A stretch of 64,000 bases of DNA, taken from assembly GCA_963764165.1 (NCBI GenBank), contig CAVXRD010000002.1, positions 480,001-544,000 of the forward strand. The letters are read 5' to 3'. A model generated the notes under the pieces. That model was not told the origin of the DNA and did no database searches. It saw only the letters and a program-made list of their open reading frames with translations. A program made the translations under genes and the position numbers. This stretch comes from an uncultured Verrucomicrobiae bacterium (GTDB taxonomy: Bacteria > Verrucomicrobiota > Verrucomicrobiia > Limisphaerales > Palsa-1400). Shown here piece after piece: positions 33,817-44,257 of this stretch. How positions within the stretch are numbered: the first letter of the stretch is position 1; every line of letters begins with the position of its first letter.

Positions 33817-33874
33817 TCGAAAGAGGAGGAAAGTTTTGACATCTTAGAAAGTACAGTTACCTTTGAAGAAAGCT

Positions 33875-34669
33875 ATGCTTATGAAGAATTCGCCTGTGCC
33901 CCATAAATTTTCCAGGGCCTTTACGTTGATCGAAATGCTCGTCGTGATCGCGATCATCGGCATCCTCGCCGGAATGCTTCTGCCGGCCCTCGGCAAGGCG
34001 AAAATCAACGCGCAGCGCAAAGTCTGTCAAACCGAAGAAGTCGGTTTGGTCGCCGCCATCGAACAGTATTACTCCACTTACAGCCGGGTGCCCGCTTCCA
34101 CCAATGTCCTGAATTCCCAGCCGACCAATGATTTCGTGTTTGGCACTGTCGCAACCCACGGATCCAGCACGGCGCCGTTCCCGACTGGATTGCCGACTGA
34201 CTTTAGTTCCGGCTCCCCCGCCCCATTGAGTGTTTACACGACTGGCGAAGCGGGTCCCGCCTATCAAAACAACAATTCCGAAGTCATTGCAATTTTGCGC
34301 GACGACCCATTTTACCCGGAACAACAGGCAAATGGCGCCACGACGCAGGGCCATATCTACAACCCGACGTCGCCCGGCCTTTTTTCCGCAAAGACCGTTG
34401 CCACCGTAAACCAGCCCGGCATTTGCTCCACAAACGATGTTCTTTATGATCCATGGGGCGAGCCCTATATGATTTCCCTCGACATTAACGGCGATAATCG
34501 TGTTGTTGATACGACGTTGAGCCAGATGTACTTCGCTCAATACGGAACCAACCTTTACATCCCGGGGCACGCGGTGGTCTGGTCCGCCGGGCCGACGAAG
34601 CAGCTCAATACGAAGCTGGGGGTCAACGCCTCAATCAACAAATACATGGTCACCAGCGGCGGGTTCTAA
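33875..34669 (+). CDS. Prepilin-type N-terminal cleavage/methylation protein
   Basis: RAFTLIEMLVVIAIIGILAGMLLPAL, DPWGEPY, WSAGP. Confidence 0.88.
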   Translation: MLMKNSPVPHKFSRAFTLIEMLVVIAIIGILAGMLLPALGKAKINAQRKVCQTEEVGLVAAIEQYYSTYSRVPASTNVLNSQPTNDFVFGTVATHGSSTAPFPTGLPTDFSSGSPAPLSVYTTGEAGPAYQNNNSEVIAILRDDPFYPEQQANGATTQGHIYNPTSPGLFSAKTVATVNQPGICSTNDVLYDPWGEPYMISLDINGDNRVVDTTLSQMYFAQYGTNLYIPGHAVVWSAGPTKQLNTKLGVNASINKYMVTSGGF

Positions 34670-34730
34670 CTGCTGCCGATCTTTCCTCATTGCCTCGCGG
34701 TGGGTTTTAGTGTCCCCTTTGCGGGCAAAC

Positions 34731-35279
34731 ATGGCTGTTAAACTTTCAACGCTGTCCATTTGTCTCGGGCTCGGACTCGCCGCAATCAATTTGATTGGGC
34801 TGCTCTTTCCCGCCCAATTTCGGGAAAATGCGCGAAAATTCCCCCGCTCCATTATGCCGGGTTATCTGATGATGATCGCGGGCACGCTTTGGTTCGTTTG
34901 GAATGTCCGCCACGAATCACTGGCGGATTTTGAAAATCTTAAGCCGCTTCTGTTCACCCTCTTCATCGCCGTCGGGCTGGGAACATGCATTTTTGTGAAG
35001 GATTTTCTGGCCGTGCGAGGATTGGCTGTTTTGCTCCTGCTGCTGGGCAAACTCATGGTGGATTCCGAGCGCTGGGTTGAAACGGATTGGCGCCTGGTCA
35101 TCGCATTTTGGGCATATTTGCTCGTGCTGGCCGGAATGTGGTTCACCATTTCGCCGTGGCGGATGCGCGATGTTGTCAATTGGAACACCGCGACCGAAGG
35201 CCGCACCCGGCTGACCAGTGGCGTTCGGTTTGCCTTCGGCGTGTTTGTGGCAGCGCTCGGTTTTACCGTGTTCAAATAG
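34731..35279 (+). CDS. Hypothetical multi-pass membrane protein
   Basis: About 6 hydrophobic segments; no family recognised. Confidence 0.75.
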   Translation: MAVKLSTLSICLGLGLAAINLIGLLFPAQFRENARKFPRSIMPGYLMMIAGTLWFVWNVRHESLADFENLKPLLFTLFIAVGLGTCIFVKDFLAVRGLAVLLLLLGKLMVDSERWVETDWRLVIAFWAYLLVLAGMWFTISPWRMRDVVNWNTATEGRTRLTSGVRFAFGVFVAALGFTVFK

Positions 35280-35311
35280 GCCGCTGCCTTAAAAGGTAGG
35301 GACGCCTCGCC

Positions 35312-36994
35312 GAGACTGTCTCAAAACGTTTTAGTCTGGCCGATCTGGTTATATGGGCACCAATAGGGGCTGTGGAAACGGGTGTCAACTTTTAGTTGTC
35401 AGAGCGTGGCTGGCGTCAGCGATGACGCCAAGCTTCCCTTTCCCTCCTTTTTTAGGCCGCCATCGCCAAATTTCCTTCAACCGCGGCGGTTTTGACTTCC
35501 ATTTTCGGCGTCTGGACCCGGGCCTGCCACTTTTTATAGAGGATTCGCAGGTTCAAGGTGGCGCATAACAAGGCCCATTGGGCTTGCACGGCTTCCAGAC
35601 CCCAAACTGTCCAACGCCGAAAGCCGTCGTGTTGCTTGAGCTGCCCAAACCGGCGTTCGATGATCTCTTTGCGCTTTCCATAAAGCGCGGCGGGTCCTGG
35701 CTCTTGCAGCCGGGCCCGCATGGCTTGCACCAGCGTGGTGTGCGGCCACACTTCGACTTGCCGCCCTTTGGGATCGCGGCTGCAGAGGGCGCGCACGGGA
35801 CAGTCTCGGTGATGGCAGCGGAAGCGCTCAACGGTCTGGCCTTTCTTGGTGGTCTGGCCTTCGTGGTCCAGAAGGCGCTCTTGCGGGCAGGTGACGGTGT
35901 GGGCCGCCTCGTCATAATGAAAATGCTGCGTCGCGTAGGCGTTGTCGTGGGCTGGCTTGCCCTCCGCCGGCGGGGCCAGCACATTCATCTGCTGTTCCAC
36001 GGCCGCTTTCAAGTCGGCCCCGCCCCCATAGCCGGCGTCGGCGGCGGTGAGGGTTGGAATGGCCGCCGGACCGAGGTTTTGCCTCGCTTCTTCAATCATG
36101 GGGACCAGCTGGCCGGCGTCGGTTTCCTGGCGGGTGGCTTGACAGGCGACCATGATGCCCTCCTGGCTGTCGGCCACCGCCTGGGCGTTGTAGGCAAAGC
36201 GGTTGGTGTCGCCGACTTTCATCCGGCGCGCCTCCGGTTCGGCTGGATGGTAATGGTGGCGCCCGTCGGCCTGCAGCTGGGCCAGGCCTTTTTTGATTTC
36301 CTCGCGCAGGGCCTGGCGCTGGGCCAACCCGGCGGGCAGCCGGCAGCCCGGTGCGCTGGAATCCTGGTTCTCCGCCACGACTTTGAGCTCGATTTCCTCC
36401 AAGGCGCCATCCAGCTGGGCCAGGAGCTTCTCCATGTAAACCTTGCTCCAGCCCTGCGGCCCGCTGCAGGCGGCTTGAATCTTGGTGCCGTCCAACGCTT
36501 GCAAGGCAAATCCCACCGCCCCGGTGCGGAGGGCCAGCTGCACGGTTTGCTTGAAAACCTGGCGCAGGGCCTTTTTGTTTCCGTCCCAGAACCGCCAGAG
36601 GCTGTTGTGGTCGGGGGCGTTGAGCCCCGTCAGCCACAGCAGCGAGACATGCTCCGTGCAGGCGGTTTCCAGCTTGCGGGTGGAGCGAATGCGGTGGAAA
36701 TAACCGTAAAGCCAAATCTTGAGCAGGAGGCTGGGGGCATAGGGCGGACGGCCTTCGGCGGCGGCGGGAATGACAAACCCAAGCTGGGGCAGATCCAACT
36801 GGTCGACAAATTCGCGCAGGAAGCGGGCGGGATGGTCGGCGGACACCCAGTCCTCCAGGGCGGGCGGGAGGAGGAACTGCTGTCCGTAATCAGGGGCAAT
36901 CGGTTGAGCCATATTTGTTGAACGGCATTGTCAACTAAAGGCTCACATATTGTCAAATACATTCCTCAAAAAACAGAAGTTTTGAGACAATCTC
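35312..36994 (-). mobile_element. Complete IS1182-family insertion sequence
   Basis: 16-bp terminal IRs GAGACTGTCTCAAAAC (35312-35327) and GTTTTGAGACAATCTC (36979-36994), 1 mismatch; CGCC duplicated on both sides. Confidence 0.92.
35452..36912 (-). CDS. IS1182 family transposase
   Basis: GRPPYAP, LDGTKIQA, YNAQ, ADAGY, IERRFGQLK. Confidence 0.93.
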   Translation of the reverse strand: MAQPIAPDYGQQFLLPPALEDWVSADHPARFLREFVDQLDLPQLGFVIPAAAEGRPPYAPSLLLKIWLYGYFHRIRSTRKLETACTEHVSLLWLTGLNAPDHNSLWRFWDGNKKALRQVFKQTVQLALRTGAVGFALQALDGTKIQAACSGPQGWSKVYMEKLLAQLDGALEEIELKVVAENQDSSAPGCRLPAGLAQRQALREEIKKGLAQLQADGRHHYHPAEPEARRMKVGDTNRFAYNAQAVADSQEGIMVACQATRQETDAGQLVPMIEEARQNLGPAAIPTLTAADAGYGGGADLKAAVEQQMNVLAPPAEGKPAHDNAYATQHFHYDEAAHTVTCPQERLLDHEGQTTKKGQTVERFRCHHRDCPVRALCSRDPKGRQVEVWPHTTLVQAMRARLQEPGPAALYGKRKEIIERRFGQLKQHDGFRRWTVWGLEAVQAQWALLCATLNLRILYKKWQARVQTPKMEVKTAAVEGNLAMAA

Positions 36995-37154
36995 CGCCGA
37001 GGCGTCCGTGGGTGAGGCGTTATTCACGCGCAGGCCGGTGAACTAATCCCGCGCAACCGGACGCCTCGGCGAGGCGCTACCTCAACGCAATCCTTGCGGC
37101 GCATGGGAATTTTTGCAACACTGCCCTCCGACAACTAGAAAGCATCCGACAGCC

Positions 37155-38771
37155 GTGGTCCTTGAATACCTAAATCGAAAATCGCGCACGACCCTGGCTC
37201 TGCTGGGACTCCTCGTGACGATTTTCTTCGGCCAACTGGACTACATCACCGGCCCGGGAACCGCGATGATGGCGTTCTATCTCATCCCGATTTGTTTCGT
37301 CGCGTGGTTCGCCGGACGCTGGCCCGGGATTATCATCGCGGTCCTTTCCAGCTCGATTTATTACCTCGCCAAATTGATGGATCCCGGCGTCATCGACAAT
37401 TCGCTCCAACTTTTCTGGAACGCCGTGCAGCGCCTCAGTGTTTATGCGACACTCGCTGCCCTGACCTCCGAAGTCGCCCGCCGAAAGCAAGTCGAGCAGG
37501 CCCTGCGCCGGTCCCAGGAAGGATTGGAAACGCGCGTGCAGGAGCGCACCCATGAACTCGCCGAAGCCAACGAAGCGCTGCGCCTCGAGGTCATCGAACG
37601 CACGCAGGCGCAGACGGCGCTCAAGTCGCTGAATGAAACGCTGGAGCAGCGCGTCGCGGAACGAAGCGCCGCCGCCGAGCAGCGAGCCAAGGATCTTGCC
37701 AAATCCGAAGATGCCTTCCGACGGCAAACCAACATTCTTCAATCGATTCTCAACAGCATGGGCGACGGCGTCATTGTGGCGGATGCGAGTGGCAAAATTC
37801 TGCTCTACAACCCAGCGGCGGAACGGCTGATGCGCGCCGGCCTCGGCACGGTTGCGCCGGGTGATTCCTTTGAGCAATATCAGACCTATCTATCCGATGC
37901 GCTCACGGCCTTTCCGACCAACGAGCATCCCCTGCTCCGCGCCATGCGCGGCGAAGCCATCGACGGCGCGGAAGTCATTCTCCGCAAAACCGATTCGTCG
38001 GAAGGCTTTTGGCTGACGGCCACCGGCCGCCCGCTCATTGATGAGTACGGCCGTCTGCAAGGCGGTGTCGTCGTTTACACGGATTTGAGCGCGCGCAAGG
38101 CGATGGAGCGCCAGGTGGCGGACATCAGCGATCGCGAACAGCGCCGCATCGGCCAGGATTTGCACGACACGCTCTGCCAGCAATTGGTCAGCATCGCCTA
38201 CGCGTCGGAATTGCTGCGCGAAAAACTGGACCGCCGCCATTTGCCCGAAGCCGCGCAGGCGGGCCACATCAGCGAGATGATCAACGACGGCATCACCCAG
38301 GCGCGCCACCTCGCCCGCGGGCTGTATCCGGTGCGGCTGGAAATGGAAGGCCTGGCCTCGGGATTGGAGGAACTGGCAGAGACGATCCAATTGCACAATA
38401 GTGTCACTTGCCACTTCTCGTGCGAGGAACATATCTTGATCCATGACACAGTCGCTGGGAACAACCTCTATCGCATCGCGCAGGAAGCGGTGAACAACGC
38501 CTTGAAGCATGGCCACTGCAAGAACATATCGATCGGCCTTGGCGCGGTGGATGAGGAAGTCATCTTGACAGTCAAGGACGACGGCAGCGGGTTTCCGGAA
38601 AACATGGAGTCACGGTCCGGGATGGGGCTGCACATCATGAATTATCGGGCAAAAATGATCGGCGCTTCCCTGGATATTCGACGCGGGGCGGGAGGCGGCA
38701 CCATTGTGATTTGCTCGTTCCACAACGAACATCAAAGCGCCGTGCGAAACGACCTCGCGGGCAAGGATTGA
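37155..38771 (+). CDS. Membrane PAS sensor histidine kinase (HisKA_3/NarX-like)
   Basis: TM region, PAS, EQRRIGQDLHD, QEAVNNALKH, DDGSG, GMGL; start uncertain. Confidence 0.9.
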   Translation: MVLEYLNRKSRTTLALLGLLVTIFFGQLDYITGPGTAMMAFYLIPICFVAWFAGRWPGIIIAVLSSSIYYLAKLMDPGVIDNSLQLFWNAVQRLSVYATLAALTSEVARRKQVEQALRRSQEGLETRVQERTHELAEANEALRLEVIERTQAQTALKSLNETLEQRVAERSAAAEQRAKDLAKSEDAFRRQTNILQSILNSMGDGVIVADASGKILLYNPAAERLMRAGLGTVAPGDSFEQYQTYLSDALTAFPTNEHPLLRAMRGEAIDGAEVILRKTDSSEGFWLTATGRPLIDEYGRLQGGVVVYTDLSARKAMERQVADISDREQRRIGQDLHDTLCQQLVSIAYASELLREKLDRRHLPEAAQAGHISEMINDGITQARHLARGLYPVRLEMEGLASGLEELAETIQLHNSVTCHFSCEEHILIHDTVAGNNLYRIAQEAVNNALKHGHCKNISIGLGAVDEEVILTVKDDGSGFPENMESRSGMGLHIMNYRAKMIGASLDIRRGAGGGTIVICSFHNEHQSAVRNDLAGKD

Positions 38772-38801
38772 CGGGCGTCCGCCCAAAGGAAACCAACTTT
38801 C

Positions 38802-40163
38802 ATGTCTACTCCCGCCCCTTCAGCCATCGCCACCGGCGAAGTCCGGCCAGGTGCCGCCCCTGGCCGCCTGTCGCAATTGCGGGGCATGGATTACTCCGTG
38901 CTCCAGCAGTGCATGCATTGCGGCCTCTGCCTGCCATCTTGTCCCACTTACGACGCCACGAAACTTGAGCGCAATAGTCCGCGCGGGCGGATTGCGCTGA
39001 TGCGGGCCATCGCCGATGGCCGCCTGGAGGCCACGCGCACGTTTGCGGAGGAAATGTATTTCTGCCTGGGCTGCCTCGCTTGCATGACCGCCTGCCCGGC
39101 CGGTGTCAACTACGCGGAGCTTTTTGAGCACGCCCGCGCCGAGGCCGAGGAAAGCCAGGTGCTGAGTTCGCCGAAGCGCAATTTCATCCGCTGGCTGACC
39201 ATCGGCTGGCTGTTCATGGATTTGTCCCGCCTCCGATTTGTCGGAAGCACGATCCGGCTTTACCAGCGGGTGGGATTGCAAAAGCTGCTCCGCTCCTGCG
39301 GCGTTCTGAAACTGCTCCCGCGCCGTTTGCAAGAACTGGAAGCGATGACCCCGACCATCCAGCCCAAATTCTCATCTGCTCTCATTGCTCCCATAACTCC
39401 CCCTGCAGGCCCCAAAAAATACCGCGTCGCCCTGCTGACCGGCTGCGCCCAGGATCTCATGTACAGCGACGTCAACCGCGACACCGCCGAAGTGCTCGCG
39501 CGCAACGGCTGCGAAGTGGTGACGCCACGCGATCAGCAATGCTGCGGCTCGCTCCACGCCCACAATGGCGAACTCGAACTCGCCCGGCAGCTCGCCCGCA
39601 AAAGCATCGACCAATTCCCTCCGGAACAATTCGACGCGATCATCAGCAACGCGGCCGGCTGCGGCTCCCACTTGAAACACTACGGCCCGCTGCTGGCGGG
39701 CGACCCGGTTTATTGCAAACGCGCGGAATTGTGGGACAAGAAACTGAAAGACATTCACCAGTGGCTCGGCGCCATCGGGCTGACCCCACCCAGACCGGGC
39801 GTGGCGGCACAAAGCGTCACCTACCACGAAGCCTGCCATTTGTGCCACGGCCAGAAAATCACCTTGGAACCCCGTCAGCTTTTGCGTTCCATTCCGGGCC
39901 TGAAGCTGACCGAGTTGCCCGAGAGCAATTGGTGTTGCGGCAGCGCCGGAATTTACAACGTCATCCAGCCGGAAATGGCGAATCAGCTTCTGGATCGCAA
40001 GCTCAAGCACATCGTGTCAACAGAAGCGCAGGTGATCGCGACCGGAAATCCCGGCTGCCTCGCGCATATTGCCAACGGCCTGCGCCGGGAGAAAATGAGC
40101 ATCCGCCTTGTCCATCCGATCACGCTCCTGGCGGAAGCCTATCGGGCGGAAGCGCGAGGCTGA
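38802..40163 (+). CDS. glcF: Glycolate oxidase iron-sulfur subunit-like protein
   Basis: CMHCGLCLPSCP, CLGCLACMTACP, two CCG domains. Confidence 0.85.
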   Translation: MSTPAPSAIATGEVRPGAAPGRLSQLRGMDYSVLQQCMHCGLCLPSCPTYDATKLERNSPRGRIALMRAIADGRLEATRTFAEEMYFCLGCLACMTACPAGVNYAELFEHARAEAEESQVLSSPKRNFIRWLTIGWLFMDLSRLRFVGSTIRLYQRVGLQKLLRSCGVLKLLPRRLQELEAMTPTIQPKFSSALIAPITPPAGPKKYRVALLTGCAQDLMYSDVNRDTAEVLARNGCEVVTPRDQQCCGSLHAHNGELELARQLARKSIDQFPPEQFDAIISNAAGCGSHLKHYGPLLAGDPVYCKRAELWDKKLKDIHQWLGAIGLTPPRPGVAAQSVTYHEACHLCHGQKITLEPRQLLRSIPGLKLTELPESNWCCGSAGIYNVIQPEMANQLLDRKLKHIVSTEAQVIATGNPGCLAHIANGLRREKMSIRLVHPITLLAEAYRAEARG

Positions 40164-40216
40164 CAAACCCCTTTTTTCTAGGACCAATAGGACGAATAGG
40201 ACCTATTTCTTTCGGC

Positions 40217-43042
40217 TTACTCCACTGTTCTTCCCGCCGCGTTGGTGGAAACCAGGCGGTAGAACATCATGGGGGTGGTTGGCTGGCCGGTGAGCAGATT
40301 GCTGCCGCCTGCCGTCGTGATCCCGTTGCTCACCACTGTCCAGCTTGCGCGGTCGCTCAGGTTGCTGGTTTCTTCCAGGATCAAATTCGCGGGCCAGCTC
40401 AAGGATAATGTGCCTGCGCTGCTGCCGGCGGCGGGCGCTGTCAGGCTGATGGCCGGGCCGTTGGGGGCCATGGTTTGGCCGCCGCCCGCCACATGCGCGG
40501 TGGTGCCGTTCAAGACGTTGTAATCGGGGCCAAATTCCCAGGTCGTTCCCGCGCTGTCGGTGGCGGTGGCGCTCAAGTAGCTGCCGGTTGGCACCGCCAC
40601 CGGCAGGGTCACGGTGAAACTCACCTGGCCGGTGGCGCCGGTGGCGATGTTGGTGGCTCCCAAATAGGTTATGCCTTCGCCATAGCCGGTGGGGTCGGCG
40701 GCGCGGTTGAGGTAGAATTGCACGTAGAAGTGGCCGTTGACGTAGGTGCTCATCCCGGCCTGGATGGTGGTGCTGTTGGTCGGCACCGGCACAAACGGCG
40801 CGCCCAGGGTCGGGAGGCCCGAGCCGGGGGCCGGGTTGTTGCTCTGGCCGTTCCAGGCGGTGTTGCTGCTGGTGCTGGCTACGCTGGTGATGGTCACCAG
40901 GTTGGTGATGGTTTCTCCCGCCAGGTTGATGACGATGCCCCAGCCGGCGTTGGAGAAAATGCTGTTGCCCTGGATGAAGTTGCCCACGCATCCGGCCCGC
41001 ACCCGCACGCCGTCATACTGCGCGGTCAGGGCGTAGCCAATGTGGTTGGCCGCAAAATAGTTGGTGCCTCCGACCAGGTTGTTGCTGGCGGTGTCCAACA
41101 AATCAATGTTGTGCCATTGGTTGCCCAGCGGGCTGACGCCGTCGGCCTGGAGGCCGATGTAGTTGCCCTGGATGGTGTTGTTGTTGGCCCCGGGGTCGCC
41201 GATCGAGATGCCTTCCTCGCTGTTGCCGGAAACCACGTTGCCTTGGCCCGGGGCCGAGCCGCCGATCAGGTTGCCGCCCGAGCTGTAGGAATAGATGCCG
41301 CCCTGCAGGTTGCCCACCGCGTGTGTGCCGGTGAGGTCAGTGCCGACGTAATTGCCCTGGATGACGGTGCCTGCGGTGGCCGCTCCGTTCAAGCTGATGC
41401 CGCTGACGCCGTTGCCGGAGATGATGTTGCGGGCCAGGTCGTTGCTCCCGCCAATCACGTTGCCGGGCGCATTGGTCAGGGCGATGCCGGAATAGGCGTT
41501 GGACACCGCCGTTTTTCCCGCCGCGTCGGTGCCGATCAGGTTGCCTTCGATCACATTGCCCGAGACGCCGATGACGAAGATGCCGTTGGCCCCGTTGCCG
41601 GAGATGAGGTTGCCCAAGCCGGGGATGACCCCGCCCACCGTGTTGCCGGAGGCCGCCAGGTAAATGCCTGCCGCGCTGTTGGGCATCGCCTTTTCCCCGG
41701 TGGCATTGACCCCGATGCTGTTTCCTTCAATGACGTTGCCGGTGGCGCTGCTGGCCAGCACCAGGCCGTTGCCGGTGTTGCCGGAAATGAGGTTGCCGGG
41801 GCCCACCACGTTGGAGATCCCGCCCACGATCTCCACCCCGCCCAAGGTGTTGGGCAGCGGGTTGGCTCCCGCGGCGCTGGCGCCAATGTCATTTCCCTCA
41901 ATGCTGTTGCCGATGGAGGCCGAATAGACCAGCACCCCAAATTGCTTGTTGCCCGAAATGACGTTGCCCCCGCCCAGCACGTTGCTGGAGGCGGCGTTGA
42001 AGGTCACCCCGTTGGTTTGGTTGGGCAGCGCGATTTTCCCGGTGGCGTCGGCGCCAATATAATTTCCGCTGATGACATTGTTGGTCGAGAGCGCTGTCCA
42101 GATGTAAACCCCGCTGTCGCCGTTGCCCGAAAGCACGTTGCTGGTGATGGTGGTATAGGCGGCCCCGTTGAGCGTGATGCCGTCCGCCCCATTGGCCAGC
42201 GCCGCGCCGCCGTTGGAGCTGACCCCGATGTAATTGCCCGCCACCGCGTTGCTCAGGGTCGGGCCGCTCAAAAAGTAAACCCCGCTCTGGCCGTTGCCGG
42301 AGATGACGTTGCCGGGGCCAATCAGGTTGGAGGAAGCCGTGGCCACTTCAAAGCCGTTGTAAACATTGCTCAGCGCCACCGTCCCGGTGGCATCGGTCCC
42401 GATGAAATTGCCCGAAATGACATTGCCCGCCGTCCCCGCGGTGTAAAGATAGACGCCATTCTGGTTCCCGCCCGAAATGACATTGCGCGCCGCCGGCGTC
42501 GAGCCGCCAATCAGGTTGCCCGCCGAACCCATCACCATCAACCCGCCCTCCCCGTTGGCCCGGGCCACCGTGCCGGTGGGATCGGTGCCCAGGAAATTGC
42601 CCTGGATGACATTGCTCCCCAGCGATTGCAGCCGGATGGCGTCGCGCGGGCAGCGATTGATGGCCAGCCCCTTGACCGTGCTGCCGCCCGCCAAAATCAG
42701 CAGCCCATCCGTCTGCGAGGGCAGGCTCGAGCCATTGATCTCAATCAGCGGCTTGCCCGCATAGCCAAGCTGCGAGGTGCCGTCAATAACGACCGGGTCA
42801 TTGACCGCCGGCAGCGCCGACAGCGGCGTGATGGCAAAGGGCGCCGTCCCCACGATTTCAAACTCGATGGTGTCCAAACCCGGATTGGCATTGGCATCCA
42901 GCAGCGCCTGGCGGAGCGACCCCGGCCCGCTGTCAGCCGTGGTGAGCACGGGAAAAATCGAGGCTTGCAGCGGCACCGCCGCCAGCAGGGAAAGAAAGGC
43001 CGCACCGCCGCCAAACACAACAGAACCGGGGAAAAGCTTCAT
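40217..43042 (-). CDS. Secreted right-handed parallel beta-helix repeat protein
   Basis: Signal peptide, DSGPGSLRQAL, repeated GN.IG.D..G and NVISGN units, C-terminal ...FYRL domain. Confidence 0.85.
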   Translation of the reverse strand: MKLFPGSVVFGGGAAFLSLLAAVPLQASIFPVLTTADSGPGSLRQALLDANANPGLDTIEFEIVGTAPFAITPLSALPAVNDPVVIDGTSQLGYAGKPLIEINGSSLPSQTDGLLILAGGSTVKGLAINRCPRDAIRLQSLGSNVIQGNFLGTDPTGTVARANGEGGLMVMGSAGNLIGGSTPAARNVISGGNQNGVYLYTAGTAGNVISGNFIGTDATGTVALSNVYNGFEVATASSNLIGPGNVISGNGQSGVYFLSGPTLSNAVAGNYIGVSSNGGAALANGADGITLNGAAYTTITSNVLSGNGDSGVYIWTALSTNNVISGNYIGADATGKIALPNQTNGVTFNAASSNVLGGGNVISGNKQFGVLVYSASIGNSIEGNDIGASAAGANPLPNTLGGVEIVGGISNVVGPGNLISGNTGNGLVLASSATGNVIEGNSIGVNATGEKAMPNSAAGIYLAASGNTVGGVIPGLGNLISGNGANGIFVIGVSGNVIEGNLIGTDAAGKTAVSNAYSGIALTNAPGNVIGGSNDLARNIISGNGVSGISLNGAATAGTVIQGNYVGTDLTGTHAVGNLQGGIYSYSSGGNLIGGSAPGQGNVVSGNSEEGISIGDPGANNNTIQGNYIGLQADGVSPLGNQWHNIDLLDTASNNLVGGTNYFAANHIGYALTAQYDGVRVRAGCVGNFIQGNSIFSNAGWGIVINLAGETITNLVTITSVASTSSNTAWNGQSNNPAPGSGLPTLGAPFVPVPTNSTTIQAGMSTYVNGHFYVQFYLNRAADPTGYGEGITYLGATNIATGATGQVSFTVTLPVAVPTGSYLSATATDSAGTTWEFGPDYNVLNGTTAHVAGGGQTMAPNGPAISLTAPAAGSSAGTLSLSWPANLILEETSNLSDRASWTVVSNGITTAGGSNLLTGQPTTPMMFYRLVSTNAAGRTVE

Positions 43043-43296
43043 GGCAAAAGAATAGATTGGAGAATAGATTGGGCCGCCAAGGGCGCCTCCGGCGCAGGCA
43101 AACGCAGCCGAGCCGGACAGCCCAAAGGACAGCTCCAACTAAAAGCCCAAACAGGGCGAAACGTCCAGCCAAAAGGCGCAAAAAGCACAAAAAATAAATC
43201 AAGTTCACCCTTGACTCTTCCGATCAGGCAGGTAGGATGCGTACGTTAGAAGTAGCGTATCTTAAGCCAAAATAATTGAAAAACTAACTACTGAAT

Positions 43297-44160
43297 ATGA
43301 ACAACAAGTTTATGACCATGATCAGCACCGTGACGCTGATCTCTGGCCTGACAATCAGCCCGGCGGCCCTTGCGCTGGACACAGCCCAAGTCAGCCGCGC
43401 CCTGGCCGGTTCGACCGTGCTGGAGCTGCCTGTCAAAGCGGCCAGCCTGGTAAGCCAAGCCACGCCTGCGGAACAGAGCCCGATGGCAGCCGCCGCCGTC
43501 AAAGCCGCGCTGAGCATCAGCCCCTCCGCAACCGTGTCTGTGGTTTCGGCCATGTCCCGGCAAACTCCCTCGACGGCCCCCGTGGTGGCCGCGACCGCCA
43601 GCGCGATGCAGCATCGCCGTTTGGCCGAGATTGCCAAGGCCGCATCAACCGCCGCCCCCGCCCAGGCCGCCGAAATCGTCTCGGCCCTGATCAGGCAATA
43701 TCCGCAGGACTACGGCGTCATCGCCAAAGCCGCTGCCGAAGGCGCCCCGATTTTCAGCCGCCAGATCCTGGCGGCGGTGGGAGAACAAATCCCCGCCCTG
43801 AAGAAGTCCATCCAGGCCGCCGCCGCCCGCACCGCTGAGAAGACCAGCCCGGCCGACGTGCAAGGCATCCTGACGGAGAGCTACAACGAAGCCTTGACCT
43901 CCGGCATCAGCGTGACACCGATGCTCCTGGTGGCCAACACCGGAACGCCCGCCGCCGCCGCCGTTGCCGCCGCCCCGCTCATCAGCGTCGGCGCCCCGAC
44001 GATCTCCGGCGGAGCGCCCATCACCGGCCCGCAAGTAAGCCCCGCGGTGGCGCCGCCCGTATTGGGCCCGCCCTTCACCCCGACGCCCGGCCCGGCCGTC
44101 ATCTACACACCCGGCGACGCGACCCAAGGCCCCGGCCCCGGCCGCTACGGCTCGCCGTAG
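43297..44160 (+). CDS. Exported Ala/Pro-rich hypothetical protein
   Basis: Signal peptide, Ala-rich helical repeats, followed by a terminator. Confidence 0.8.
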   Translation: MNNKFMTMISTVTLISGLTISPAALALDTAQVSRALAGSTVLELPVKAASLVSQATPAEQSPMAAAAVKAALSISPSATVSVVSAMSRQTPSTAPVVAATASAMQHRRLAEIAKAASTAAPAQAAEIVSALIRQYPQDYGVIAKAAAEGAPIFSRQILAAVGEQIPALKKSIQAAAARTAEKTSPADVQGILTESYNEALTSGISVTPMLLVANTGTPAAAAVAAAPLISVGAPTISGGAPITGPQVSPAVAPPVLGPPFTPTPGPAVIYTPGDATQGPGPGRYGSP

Positions 44161-44220
44161 ACTTCAAGTTCGAGTTGAACTTGAGACCACGACAGAACCA
44201 CGCTTAAAGAACGCTTTTGA

Positions 44221-44257
44221 AAGGGCGAAGCAGAAATGCTTCGCCCTTGTTGTTTTC
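44221..44257 (+). terminator. Rho-independent terminator
   Basis: AAGGGCGAAGCA-GAAA-TGCTTCGCCCTT then T-rich tail. Confidence 0.85.

Larger units (their letters stand above)
35295..37081. repeat. REP-like GTAG palindrome doublet, first copy split by the IS
   Basis: GGTAGGGACGCCTCGCC|GAGGCGTCCG (35295-35311 plus 36999-37008); inverted copy at 37058-37081; degenerate copy at 33658-33677. Confidence 0.75.

Noticed and set aside
35578..36921. 447-aa ORF opposite the IS1182 transposase
   Set aside because: Antisense shadow with no independent coding evidence.
40179..40208. TAGGACNAA-type 9-bp repeat x3 between convergent genes
   Set aside because: Too short to support any function.
40475..43249. 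924-aa plus-strand ORF
   Set aside because: Antisense shadow of the GC-rich beta-helix gene; no protein-like motifs.
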